Assembly: GCA_004022145.1 (NCBI GenBank)
Contig: RCNU01000002.1
Direction: 5' to 3' (one strand)
Length of the DNA: 64,000 bases
Source: Paecilomyces variotii
Taxonomy: Eukaryota
Part shown: one piece after another, positions 1 to 12,264 of the stretch
Numbering within the stretch: position 1 is the first letter of the stretch
Layout of the letters: each line of letters starts with the position of its first letter
Program-made: the position numbers and the translations under genes
The notes under the pieces: generated by a model
What the model saw: the letters and a program-made list of their open reading frames with translations, nothing else
Databases searched by the model: none
What the model was told of the DNA's origin: nothing

Positions 1-1350
1 TCTCATTTGGGGAAACGAAATGCGTTCTATGCCACCGCATTATTATTTGTACAGTATCTACCTGCGGCACGTCTTAGCTTGAGCTAGTACATAGTGAGAT
101 GACTTGGTTAGTGGGAGCTAAACGAGGCTGCGCTGGAACCTTAGGTACCCAAATTCAAGGCCGCAATGCGGGTCGAAGCCTCATCCTTCTGAGATCTTCG
201 CGGGAAGAGAGCTCTATTCAGGCGGCATTCGCTTCAGGTAATGCCAGTGAGATCTACTCTACGAAGGTGAGTGAGCTCTGGGTAGTGTGAAAATGCTCAA
301 TGATGCCAACAAGATGTCTCCGTAAGTATTGTCGTTGAAAAGGCAATATGGTGTAGTCAAAACTAGCTAACTATAGGCCGCCAGAAGGCAACGAACAATC
401 AGTATTAGCAACACTGGTTAGTTAGGGGGAAGAAAGTCGTTAGTCAACACCAGAAAGTCCCATAGTTATGTGTTGTGGTGCGTGTTTCGTCCCATCTTTC
501 CCTACATGGTGGACATGAATATAGTTACGACCTACCACCTAGTCTACGCACCACGTGGCAACCAGAGTGATATGGGATGCTTCATTTTTGCATGTTTGAT
601 TAGTTCGGTTCAGTATACTCCAAGAATTGGCAGCATGACGGGGAGTGAAGTCAGCATATTCTCTAGTAGTGATCATGGCTGGCTTCCTTCACGGTGACGG
701 CATTCCGTTTTCGATCCATGGAATAGGGAAACCCTAGCCCTACTTTCCTCCTTGGGAAACCTGGTGGCCGCCGGATTTTCCAGGGAGCTCAGGCAGCGAT
801 ACGGCCCGTGGTATTGCGTTCGTCACAGGATACCGGGGATTCGACGAACCGTTGGGCAATCCGCTCGTGGTGGAGTGCATGACGCTATGCCTGTCTCTGC
901 GTTTCCCGCCAGGGAGATCGCTGTCATACGGCGCCCGGAACAGTCAGTTACGGTAAGTTACGCGCCCTGTCCCAGCAACGAACGAAGGAAGGTTGGATTC
1001 TTCCCTCCCCTATCTGCGATTAATGATCTCTCCCGCCCTTGCAAGTCACCTCCGCTTCTGCCAACGCGGCTTGCTCTCTCTCCCAACGACAACCTGCACT
1101 CGCCGTTTGCGCCCGCCTGTTCGTCGACTTGCTATCTTCCTCCCTTTTCGGGCAATCGTCCGGAATCCGTCGAGGAACGCGCCTGCAACGTGGCAGCCGT
1201 GAGTGTCGCATCTTACGTGACCGACCCGAGTAGGCGACCGCGCAACCTCAACTACGTCCCCTCATCCCCAGTCCCCTTCGAGGCGCATTTCATCGTCCTG
1301 CATCATAGCAGCTCTCGCGAGATACTCTCTCGAGATTCAATATAATCGCT

Positions 1351-2995
1351 ATGGCGCGATCGCTACCAAAGAAGCACAACCCGCTCATCCTTCCGGACGC
1401 GTCCCCTTCCTGTAAGTTTCTACCTTCCGTCGCTAGGCGCGCGCTGCGGCCGACCGCGCGACTCTCCCCAGGTACTTCCGATACTGCATCGCCAGAGCAT
1501 CGTAGCTGACACGCGCTCTCTCCTGGGATGTCGCAGATGAGGAACTTCTTGGACGTCGTCGATTGGGAAAGACAAATCTGTCGGTTAAGCCGGCACAGAT
1601 AGGCACGTCCAATGCCACGAAACCAGAAAACCTGGGTCCCTTCGAATATGCCCATCTGCGTGCGCCCTTGCCAGAGGACCTTTCAGGATCCGAGATTTTC
1701 CCATCTCACAACCCGACGCAACATCCGGTGACTTATTTCTTGATGGTATGTGCCTGCATCGTCTCACCGCCCCCTCAGAGCGTAACTCTCGAGCTTTTGA
1801 TCGACTAACAGTCTTTCTCCCACTCCACAGCGACGAAGCAAGGATGGCTACATCAGCGCGACTGGCATGTTCAAGATCGCATTCCCGTGGGCAAAGTTGG
1901 ATGAGGAAAAAGCAGAACGGGAGTATCTGAAGTCAAAGACGGAAACCAGCCAAGACGAAATTGCTGGCAACGTCTGGATCTCCCCCGAACTTGGTACGCC
2001 AATTCGCCAATGATGCGCCAGAAGCCGTGTACACACGAGAGTTCATCACTAACTGATCTATCCAGCTCTGGAACTTTCCAAAGAATATCGCATGTATGAC
2101 TGGGTTCGCGCTCTCCTGGACCCCACAGATATTGTGCAGAGCCCTTCGAGTGCCAAGAAGCAAATATCTCCCCCGCCAAAATTCGATCTGCCCCCGATAG
2201 ACTCTTCGATTCAGCTTCAGCCCCCTGCGTCCCGCACAAGAGCGCGCCGTTCCGTCTCCCCGAGCAAGGCTGCGTCGCCCAGTAAGAAGTCCAGTTCTCC
2301 TCGCAAGTCACGGCAAACGCGGGCAGCCAAGGAAGCAGCAGTTGCTGCCACTAATGCGGCCAATGCTTCCCTACAGTCTGCGCTGGACACTGCTGCATCG
2401 ACTGCTGACACGGAATCGGTGGATGGAACTGTGGAAACTAACGGCGAAGTAAACGGTGAAGAGAAGGCGGCACCTGCCGAGGAGGTCAAAGAAGAGACGA
2501 AGCCTAGGCCCGGTCGACGAGCAAGGAAAGCTGTTACCGCGGCGGATGAAAAGGTTAAAGTCGATGTGCAATCCACCACAGATGCAGCAGATGAGGTGGA
2601 AGCCACTCAGACAACCGTTTCGGTTGAGATGCCGGCCCTCCTGCCGGACCTTCCACCCGCAGAAGATACCGAACAGATGATCGCTCGAGCAAAGGAGATG
2701 GTCGAAAAAGCCGCTAAACTCGAGCAGGAGAAGGGAGAGTCTTCAGTGGCCTCTAAGAAGCGCAAGTCAGATGAAGCGGTTGATGAGGAGGGTGAGGAGA
2801 CAGATACTCCGGCTCAGCCGACGAAGAAGGCCAAGGTCCTGGAGGAGAAGCTCCGCAAGGAGCGAGTGAGGAATCGTGCCTTGGTCGGCGTTACTGCAAC
2901 ACTGGCACTTGCGTAAGTATCTCCAATCACTTCATCAGCACGTTTGATGTGTATCTGACAAATCCTGCAGTGCCGCAATTCCCTATTTCTTCTAA
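1351..2995 (+). CDS. APSES/KilA-N domain, tail-anchored nuclear envelope protein (Bqt4-like)
   Basis: Five exons read by eye: 1351-1411, 1537-1745, 1831-1993, 2066-2912, 2971-2995. APSES-like segment [25 protein letters not shown]...AGNVWISPE, a low-complexity middle, and a C-terminal hydrophobic tail RNRALVGVTATLALAAAIPYFF*. Confidence 0.8.
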
Positions 2996-4216
2996 AATTA
3001 TTATATTATAATGTCCTTTGGTTTCGTGCCGGCTCGGAGACAAGGGTATATTGGAGATCGTTTTAACAGGCTCTCCCCTATGTCTGTAGTCAGAGGGTCC
3101 GATTTGGTCAGGGTATCAACGCATACTATTACTGCTTGTTTCCAATGTTTTACACCACAGAAATACGCCAGACTGAACCTGATATCATACCCTTAGTCAC
3201 TGCATCACAAGTCTCGAATGCACATCTTCACATTCTTGAAGGTAACCCAACCACTGTCTCAGCTGCGACACCTCTTACACCCAATTCCCTTGTCCATGGG
3301 TTCTCGCATCCTTCCCTCCCACAAACTCACCCTTCGATCTGGCACTCTCTGGGCGCACAAATGTCCTTGAGGTCGTCCTGCCCAGCCCCAAAGCCCGTGC
3401 AACACATCTACTCTACCCTCCCTTGAGATTCCCCCTCTGTATTGCTCGCTTCAACACTTTTAGTCACTTAATTTCTGTTTCCTCTGGTATCGGCTCTTTG
3501 GCATGGACTGGGTAGGTGCGGTGGGTTGGTCTGGTCACTAGCCCCAGGAACTTGAAGCGTGGAGGCTGCAACCTCAAGATCTGCACGTCGATTCCGTCGG
3601 TCTTTTGGATCCCATCTCTCTTTTATATCTGTTCTCTTTGGTCTGGTCGATGTTCTGTATGTCCCACTGTTAATGAACCATGTAAAGGAATTGAAAAGAC
3701 TGTTCTGCGGAGACTGCATTTCGGGATACCGGAGCGCACTTTGCTGCAGTATGTCAGTACACCTGTGAAGATATGACGACTTCTATCCATCTAGAAACAT
3801 GCATATGGGGTTGGAGCTGTGCATTAAGGGCCCTTACTAACAATCCATTCTGCGTTAGAGTAACCTGACCTTCAAACGGTACAGTCGGAAACCTCATGAG
3901 CTAGACAACCTCATTAATTTAAATAAGCTTCATCGTTAAGATTGATGATCGGGGATGGAATGGCAATAATAATAATCAGTGACTCCACTAGTTGTATCGC
4001 TGGGAAAAGAGGTTGCAAACAAGTAAAACAAATCTGCGAAGCTCCGAACTCCATTCACCGCGAAAGAACTCCGCAGTCTCAGATTGCATTTTGAATTGCA
4101 GCACTGGAATCAGAGAATCCCATATCCCTTGGGGACATTGGAGAGATACTTGATCTGAATTACATCAACCCTTTTCCATCGTACCATATTTGCGGTCCCA
4201 GTGATCCAGCAATGCA

Positions 4217-6180
4217 ATGTCTCTGCCCGGTTTAGAGCTGTCTGAACCGTCGGCGGAGTCGCAGTATGTTCCCGCGCCGCCCACGCAGATCAATCTATCA
4301 AGAGGATCGGAGTGGAGATTCGAAGTCGCGTTTGGAACGACAGTAAAGATTAAGGTGTGTTTCTCCTTTCATAGTTCTTTTGGTTTATCTTGTTGTTTTG
4401 TCTGAGCTCTGGCTATGCCACTCACATGCGCGCGGCGCTATACATGTGGCATCGAAGCTAGGAGCACGTGGATGAGCCTGACCTGTCGTATCAGGCGAGG
4501 AATTCACTGGATGGAACTTGAAAAGGCATTCAGCATCGCTAGAATGGAATGGTTTATGGCTGACTTGTCTCGCGCTCTCTGAGTGAGGTGTGTTTCTAGC
4601 TCCTAGATGGCACCGCAGAGCTATTTGGCACAGAGCTTGCCGCTTCACGAACATACACTTTTACCGGCACAAAGGCTGCGATATATACCTGGCATGGATG
4701 TACACTCGAGGTGAGCGCGGGGGAGGCACCTACTGCCACAAATGGGTTCGCTTCAGGAACCACGAATGGGGCTGCTCCTGGCCAAGGGACGGGAGGGTGT
4801 CAGAGTGAATACACGGCGGAGGAGACACCCATGGTGGAATATGCCAATGTTCACTTTGCGCTGGAGACAATGAGACAGGAAGCGAAAGCTGCAGGCAAGG
4901 ATGGACCCCGCGTTCTGATCTTGGGGCCTGAGAATGCGGGAAAGACGAGTCTGGCGAAGATATTGACGAGTTATGCGACCAAGGCTGGGCGCCAGCCAAT
5001 TGTCGTGAATTTGGATCCAGCGGAGGGCATGCTCAGTGTGCCGGGGACATTGACAGCTACAGCTTTCCGGACAATGATTGATATTGAGGAAGGATGGGGA
5101 AGCAGTCCGATTTCTGGACCGAGTCCTATCCCGGTCAAGCTGCCCCTAGTTTATTTCTATCCGATGCAAAATCCACTTGATGCCGATGGTAGCATATACA
5201 AGCCTATTCTCTCCAGGCTAGCGCTCTCTGTGACGGGTCGGATGGCGGAGGACGATGATGCTAGGGAGTCTGGCATTATCGTGGACACGCCTGGAATCCT
5301 GAGCCAGGGCAAGCCAGGTGGAATCGAGATGATAAACCATATTGTCACTGAGTTCTCTAGTATGTACCCTTCAAAAAAGCCATGGCCCAGTGCAGCGCGA
5401 GCTAACGGAACAATAGTCTCGACCATTCTCGTCATCGGTTCTGAGCGTCTTTACAGCACCATGGTCCGAAGCTACGACAACAAGCCAACATCAAGCGCCT
5501 CCGCCGTGGCCTCAGATGAACGCATTTCAGTCATCAAGCTATCCAAATCCGGTGGCTGCGTCGACCGCGACGCCACTTACATGAAGTCCCTTCGTGAAGC
5601 TCAGATCCGAGAATACTTCTTCGGCAGCCCAATCCCATCCACGGGCTCATCAGCACTCCCTGTCTCCGCTACATCCTCTACCACCGTGACTCTCTCACCT
5701 CATGCACAACAGCTTGACTTTGACTCCCTAGCTGTATATAACATCACTGTCGTGACACCAGACGAAGAGGAAGATGAATACGACCCATCTCAATTCGGTG
5801 CCTCCGATGCCTTCTTACCAGGAGGTATCAACGATGCCGAAACATCATCCACACGAGATGAAAGCACACCTATCCCAGGAATGAGCGGTACGCCATCAAC
5901 CCAACCAACCACCTCGAACACCACCGTACCTCTGAAGAAAGTACCTTCCCCGCCACCACTTTCCCTCGAAAACACCCTCCTCGCCATCACGCACGTCCCA
6001 CAAAACGCCCCTCTATCCCAGATCCGCGACGCCAGCATCATGGGCTTCGTCTACGTCGCCGACGTCGACGCCGATCGAGGCAAGATCAGAGTCCTCGCGC
6101 CCGTGGGAGGTAGAATCCCCGCGCGAGCGATCATCTGGGGCCGGAAATGGCCCGGTGAGGTGGTAGGTCTGGTAGGATAG
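4217..6180 (+). CDS. clp1: mRNA cleavage/polyadenylation factor, polynucleotide 5'-kinase Clp1
   Basis: SEWRFEV, GTAELFGTEL, P-loop GPENAGKTS and KSGGCVDRD motifs. Intron 4355-4599, plus a probable in-frame intron near 5360-5416. Confidence 0.93.
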
Positions 6181-7197
6181 AAAAGAAAATTTTAATCTAA
6201 TGAGAAAATTTCTCTTTTTCTTTCTCCAAGTTACAGAAAAACAGGCCAGGAAAGGAGCTCAAGGAGAGAATTAAATCAAATGGCTGCATTATATGTTATT
6301 CTGCGTTCCAAATAATGATAAACTCTATGTAAATAAATACATTCACAAACTACTCGAGGGAAGCAAGTAGTGTAGTTGAGAGATCGCGAAGAAAAGTAGG
6401 AAGAATTTCTTTAGGAAAACATGAAAATGCAACAAAAGCAAAAAATAAAAGGGAAGAGCTTATTTCTTCGTTTTTCTGTCCGAGTTTACTTGTGTTTGGT
6501 AATAGTGGTTCTACGTTTCGAAAGGGAAAGAGATCCCTATGAATGATCAAATTGAAAGTAAATGAGCTTCAGTAGATCATATTATAATACAGACTATTGC
6601 TACAATGTCCCTAATTAGAAATCAATCCACAACCTTAAGCAATTGCGAACTAGGTCAGAATCAATAGTTGCACAAGGGTGAATAACTTTCAGATGTCGTC
6701 TGGCGCACCTGGCTAGATGGAATGAAATGACAGTTTACCCAAGAGAAAATATCCCACGAAATGCGCTAGATGAACCCTGAAGACTTTGCAAGAACGAGGA
6801 TGGTATATATATATGAATGACCCGCTAATGATGATAATGATGATGAAAATGACAACAACAAGGCAATTTTTGCAAACCTCCAAAACGATGCCGGATGTAC
6901 AGTACATAGAATAACTATACACGCAGAACGACAACGGTGACCAATCCAAAAATTTTTTCCAAAATAACTATTCCTGTGGTTTCAATGTCACAATGCGTCC
7001 TCCTGATGCTGTGGTGGTATCACTTTTTATGTCATGTTCAAAAAACGATTTCTTTTTCCTCCCTGCAACGATGTCCTTCCACCGTGTGATAAAACAATCT
7101 GTGCTAGAGCGCGCCGCCAAATTGGGAAAGATTGTACAGGTCAACTGTCACAATAAATAATAACATGTTTGAATAACAAAGATGGATGTCTCAAGTC

Positions 7198-9756
7198 TCA
7201 CTCCCATTTCTTCCACTCCTCGGCGTTGATTCGGAGCTCGGTGTCGCAGTCATAGCCCTTCCTCTCATCGGCCAGGAGCTTGGCCTTTCTCTCGCGGAAA
7301 CGGAGCTCAGCTTGGTATCTCTTCAGCGCTGCCAACTTCAGATACGAGTAATCATTGTTCTGCACAGCTTCCCTGAACCGAGTACGCATGCGAGGTGAGT
7401 ATAGTTGACAGCTCGCCTCTCGACACAGATCTGGTCCATAGCCCGGGAGAAGCCGCATGGTACGTGACACCAGCCTTGCGATGGGTTTGTCGGCTTTGGC
7501 AAGTGGCCGTACAACGTCATCATAGCAGTCCTCGCAAATAGAGAACTCTGGAAGCTCGGGGATATAATGCCACGTGCTGAGAATGAGCCTGTCGCGGCGG
7601 CAATGGTGAAACGAGGTCTTGCGCCTAGCGTAGTCCACGAAGGCCTGCATGTCCGGGGATGGCAGACGCTTGTACTCACATTCGTTGGCTGCAGCATCCA
7701 ACAAGTCGATGTACTGGACAAAACGGGGACTGTCGGTGGCGAGATCGCAAATCCGCTCTTGCACCAGAGTACTGCACTTGAAGCTATCACGATGAGCTGG
7801 CATAAGTATGCGGATATTGCGAACACAGGCCTGGCAGGCGTTGAATCTTGGAAGGCTCGATCCTGTTTCGGGTTCGATGACTTTGTACCAAGACTGAATA
7901 GAAGCTGTTCGACCAGAACATGGCTTGGTTCCTGAAGACGGCCGCGTAATCTGATAGAGAATCTCAAGATCACTGTACCCCTGCTTAATGGTCTGAAGCC
8001 AGGCTAGCCGTGCCCATGGCTCGCTCATGGAACAGCGCACCATCTGGCCACGAGGCTTTGGCAAGCTTGGAATGAAGAAGTCACGGAACTTCGATTTGGC
8101 CATTTGCTTCATGCAAGACGGGCAGATGTCAAGATGCGTCAATCCGCGGATAGTGTACCAGTCCTGGTAGCCAGTGATCGGCACAGATCGCGGGCAAGGG
8201 AGAAGGCAGAGATTGCCGGGTTCTGGAGAAGAACGGCGGACTACAAGCTCTTTGCATGGAGAACTCTGCCTGGATGATCGCGTCTTCGATGGAGCCCTTG
8301 ATCGGCTGACACGTGAAGAGGACGATGCCTGGACGGGCTCCGGGGAGAACGAGACTGTCCTTCTTCTGCGCGAAGAGGATCTTGAAGGTTCCTGAATCGG
8401 TGCGAGGGCAACACATGTATTCTGAGCCACCGATTTAGGAGAAGAAGTGACAATCTCTCTCCTGCTACTCGGAGGTGGGCTAGCGGCAGATGACAAGCAC
8501 TGCAGATGGGGTGCCAGCTGAGAATAGGACCTTGGAACACAGGCTCTCTGAAGCGGAGACTGAGGGGCAGAAGCAGGCAGAGGAACATTAGAGTAGTAGC
8601 CGGCTCCAGGTTTCTGATGCTTGACGGGGCAGCTTTGGTCGTAGCTATCTGATGCATCAACCGCAGTAGACCTGCTCGGCGAGCTCTCAAAATATGCAGA
8701 TGGATCCCAGGCAGAGTACGCTCCTGGAGACTCGGGGCTGCTAGATCTAGCGCGAACGTTCTCAGACACAGTACTTCTTCTCCTGTTGGAGCTGACATGA
8801 CTCTCCGCGGATGTCGACTTCCGTCGTCGATCATAAGAATCTTGGGTCATGTCATGAGCGATTCCGGTATCAGAATAATAGTCGTATTTCAGGGGGGATC
8901 CTCGCCGTGGCTCATCGGGGTTGAGTGGGTGTGGAAGTAATTTATGCCCGTGCCTGAGATCAGCGAATTCTTCACTTTTTGGACGGTCACTGCGCGGCTC
9001 ATGATAGGACCAGCCTTGGTCATGGCTCTGTCTCGCAGACGCCGCACCTCGTCGTTTATGATATACCACCTGGTCAGATTGACCGCGGTGCATGTTGGGC
9101 GCGTTCCGTTTTGGCGGTGGCCGTCTTTCAACAATGTCTGGGGAGTCCCATGCAGATGACTGCTTCAGCGCTTGCCGTTCGAGTTCCTGGACGTTCACGA
9201 GCGACCTTTGCACCGTGACTTCAGGGGACAGGGCGTATTCGGGAGACGGTTCCAGGACTTCCGTAGAGACATGAAGGTTTCCGGGTTGACGAGATACAAC
9301 TTCATCATCCACAGGGTTATGTCTCTTCTTCTTTCCTGGCTCCGCTATGACTGTTCTTGCCGGAGATCCGTGCCTGTCGGTTCCAGGGGCCTTGACGAAA
9401 GGACTATGAGGACGAACAGTTGAAGAGGAGCTCAGCAGAGAGTCATCCGCATGATGGAAGACAGGCTCGTCCTTCAGGGTCGGTGGTGGGGTTGCAGGAC
9501 CCTGGCTATCATTTGACGACATGGCTTCGACACTGGATGTATCGCTGGCGTTGCACTCGGCCGTTGTAGACTGAACCATTTCCATGGACAGGATGATCGG
9601 ATACTGGTCGATAGACCCCCTCACACAAACACCTTCCTCCCCGGGTTTCTCTGCTAACGTGGCAGTTCCATTCAGTTCATGAGCGAGTGATTCAGATTCA
9701 TCCTCCACACTAGGAGATGGCGGCCAGTGAGGGCGCGCACCCCAAGCAGACGACAT
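7198..9756 (-). CDS. Uncharacterised protein with a Ser/Arg/Pro-rich disordered N-terminus and three Cys-rich C-terminal repeats
   Basis: 874-codon open frame, first ATG at 9756. A possible splice acceptor near 9834 suggests an upstream exon, so the start is uncertain. C-terminus has repeated W[YH]...CxxC units. Confidence 0.8.
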   Translation of the reverse strand: MSSAWGARPHWPPSPSVEDESESLAHELNGTATLAEKPGEEGVCVRGSIDQYPIILSMEMVQSTTAECNASDTSSVEAMSSNDSQGPATPPPTLKDEPVFHHADDSLLSSSSTVRPHSPFVKAPGTDRHGSPARTVIAEPGKKKRHNPVDDEVVSRQPGNLHVSTEVLEPSPEYALSPEVTVQRSLVNVQELERQALKQSSAWDSPDIVERRPPPKRNAPNMHRGQSDQVVYHKRRGAASARQSHDQGWSYHEPRSDRPKSEEFADLRHGHKLLPHPLNPDEPRRGSPLKYDYYSDTGIAHDMTQDSYDRRRKSTSAESHVSSNRRRSTVSENVRARSSSPESPGAYSAWDPSAYFESSPSRSTAVDASDSYDQSCPVKHQKPGAGYYSNVPLPASAPQSPLQRACVPRSYSQLAPHLQCLSSAASPPPSSRREIVTSSPKSVAQNTCVALAPIQEPSRSSSRRRRTVSFSPEPVQASSSSRVSRSRAPSKTRSSRQSSPCKELVVRRSSPEPGNLCLLPCPRSVPITGYQDWYTIRGLTHLDICPSCMKQMAKSKFRDFFIPSLPKPRGQMVRCSMSEPWARLAWLQTIKQGYSDLEILYQITRPSSGTKPCSGRTASIQSWYKVIEPETGSSLPRFNACQACVRNIRILMPAHRDSFKCSTLVQERICDLATDSPRFVQYIDLLDAAANECEYKRLPSPDMQAFVDYARRKTSFHHCRRDRLILSTWHYIPELPEFSICEDCYDDVVRPLAKADKPIARLVSRTMRLLPGYGPDLCREASCQLYSPRMRTRFREAVQNNDYSYLKLAALKRYQAELRFRERKAKLLADERKGYDCDTELRINAEEWKKWE

Positions 9757-12264
9757 CTTCCTCCTTTTAGGTTGAAGGGACAACGAGGCTGTCGGATTGA
9801 ATTGGAAAGGTTCTCTTATCACGGTGGTTCTCCTGTCAAGCGCAAATAATTAGATAAATCTTGCTAGATGATCTATCGATCTATTTAGACTCACTCGAAA
9901 GCGGCGGCGGAAGGACTGCGGCCCAAGTAGAAAGAAATGGACTAGAGAGGATATAGACTCGATTGGACATTAGAGCGTAGAATTGAATATATGGTTCTAG
10001 TACGATGGCACAAAAGCAGGAGAACTCGATCGCGATGCGAAAAGCATTTATATGGAAGCAGGATGGCCAAGGAAATGCATGTCCCAACAGCACGATCGGG
10101 CAGCGCCGTCAAATGAGGGTCCATGGTGATAGGGCCTAAAGACCCTGGGCGTTGGGCGCCAAATCATAGCGATGAAGTCGCAGATCCTTCGAAACGAACA
10201 CTGCGTGCGCAGTCGAGATCGCCATCCGGCGGGGGCAGTTGTTCGTTCTTCTGTTTCCTATCCATCTCCGCCGTTCGAAGGGCCTCCATCGCCTGCGTTT
10301 CTGCTACACTAGCGGTGGGCTGCTTTTGCCCGACCCTTCTAGATACCCCTTGACAGGCAGAACAACAGTCAAGACAGAGATGCGGGCCGATCCACGGTGT
10401 GGCACTGATGGGCAAGAATAATGATGGCTGAGAAAAAGCAGCCAACCGCCATGCATCTAGTTTTAACCGGGCGACAACGTGCAGCAGCATGACGCCCTGG
10501 GGAAATCAGTCCAACGTGTCAGACCTATCCACAGTCAGCATGACGGATTTCCTGAAACAATAGCAGAATCTGTTGTCCAGTCGGTTCTATGTGACCTGTA
10601 TGCCGTCTGCGCAGGGCGTGGATAGGTCGCCCTGTGGCATGGCCACTTTGTTGTTGACCACCAAGAAAGGCGCGACAGTATGCAGTGCAGTGCACTGGCC
10701 AGATCGACTGTTATACAGACATTGTAGTAGGGCTGTGGCGACTGGAACCTGCAACGCACTTCAGCAAAGACCAAATGGCATGGATCGAGACCGTCGAGTA
10801 AGGCAGTTCGTCATGTCCAAAACCCCATTGACAGCACGCTAAAACGGGGCGCAGGCAAAGGGTCTGGAAACGAACCTGTGGCCGCAAAATGTCCCAGGAT
10901 CCCTCACTTTGCAAGCCTCACTCTCTTGCTTGTGCCTCTTGAGCTCCATCAAGAATCCACTTGCTGCTACAAGTGTTTTTTGCCCACGTCGACCCCTCCA
11001 GGGATCCTGGACCCGCGATTTCCGGCCCAACTGGCGGACAGACCCAGAAAAGAATCAGAGAAAAGCGAACTCAAGAAGCTCGTCAGCTCATTCAACTGCA
11101 GACGAACTCCATTCTGCATTCAAAAGAGAGAGGATCGTTTTTTCGATAGGTTTTTCTCAGATGAGGGACGCAATCTCAATGGTTTTTGGTGGCCGGTGTA
11201 AATAATATGTGGCGTTCATCCGTATACAAACTCCCACAACTATCCACGGCTTGGCCTGATATCTGTCTCAACAGGATCACACCATGGAAATCCTGGGAAG
11301 CTGTCTGCCTACTACACGTGTGATAGATGGCAAGTCAATAACCCCGGATCATCGTAAAGACAAACCATCCATGGGGCTTCCTATTAAGAGCTCGATGAAG
11401 GTGAGCCACTGCAGCACAACCCTTGCTGAACGACGTCACTAGACATCTTCCTCTACCATTTGGGGCGTTTGAGGACCCCAGGTGTCGTTCGTCTTTTGAG
11501 TATCCGATGGTGACTAGTTTGTTGCCCTTGGATCATGCCATAATTATATGATCCCCTGATGTTGCCCAACATCTACGCTCGTGACAATTCAGCTGGCGTT
11601 GTCGATGGCACCGACGTATACAATCTTCTGAGTTTAGTATTTTGAAGAATAACCCCCGTGAATCATATCTACTTACTTAGTAGTACTACTTCTACTACTC
11701 CGCCCGTCGCAGTCAGAAGTTTCCATGGATACGGTGGGTTTCCGCCAGATGCCGACGGATACGGGCCGATGGGATCCTTCCACCGGGTAAAGGATAATGG
11801 AGTAATATTTAAGAGACGTTAGTCTGTACGGCCGAAAGAAAGCTCTAGATTGTCCGCCCACGCTGAATCGCGTTCCGTCGGATAGCTATCCTGCCAGTTA
11901 GCAGATCCAAAACGGTACTCTCCGTACATAACTACCATATGGTGGTTACTTTATTTTCCGCAAGTGGATCGCACAGGTAGTGTATACCTACTTAACAATT
12001 TCCCTTGATGCTTAGCCTCCAATGCGCCCTTGACGGAGACACCAGTGTAATAATACCATAAACCTCACCTATTCGTGGACCCCGCAGTCGACCAAAAAAC
12101 AACCCCTCGTTGACGATGGCGCGATGCCGATGACAACATCCGTAGCTGGAACAACGAATGAGCTTGGTGCGGAATTGGAGTGCTCGATTGTATATATGCC
12201 CCGCTGAACTGAATAATCAAAAAGATATCCCCGCGGGATCGTAGGGACGATCCCATCCCCTCAA

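Noticed and set aside
752-1345. 197-aa ORF upstream of the Bqt4-like gene, and the many other short overlapping or antisense ORFs
   Set aside because: Non-ATG start, no recognisable motifs, and a location in GC-rich promoter/UTR sequence or antisense to real genes.
4400-4505. TPP riboswitch-like look of the clp1 intron (CTGAG...CCTGA...GCGAGGAA)
   Set aside because: It lacks the CUGAGA and GAUAAU/CCAGCG core, and the host gene is not thiamine-related.
4468-4563. Possible C/D snoRNA in the clp1 intron (TGGATGA...ATGGTTTATGG-CTGA, partly complementary to 18S CCAUAAACUAU)
   Set aside because: Box C is imperfect, box D coincides with the branch point, there is no terminal stem, and the site is not a methylation I recognise.
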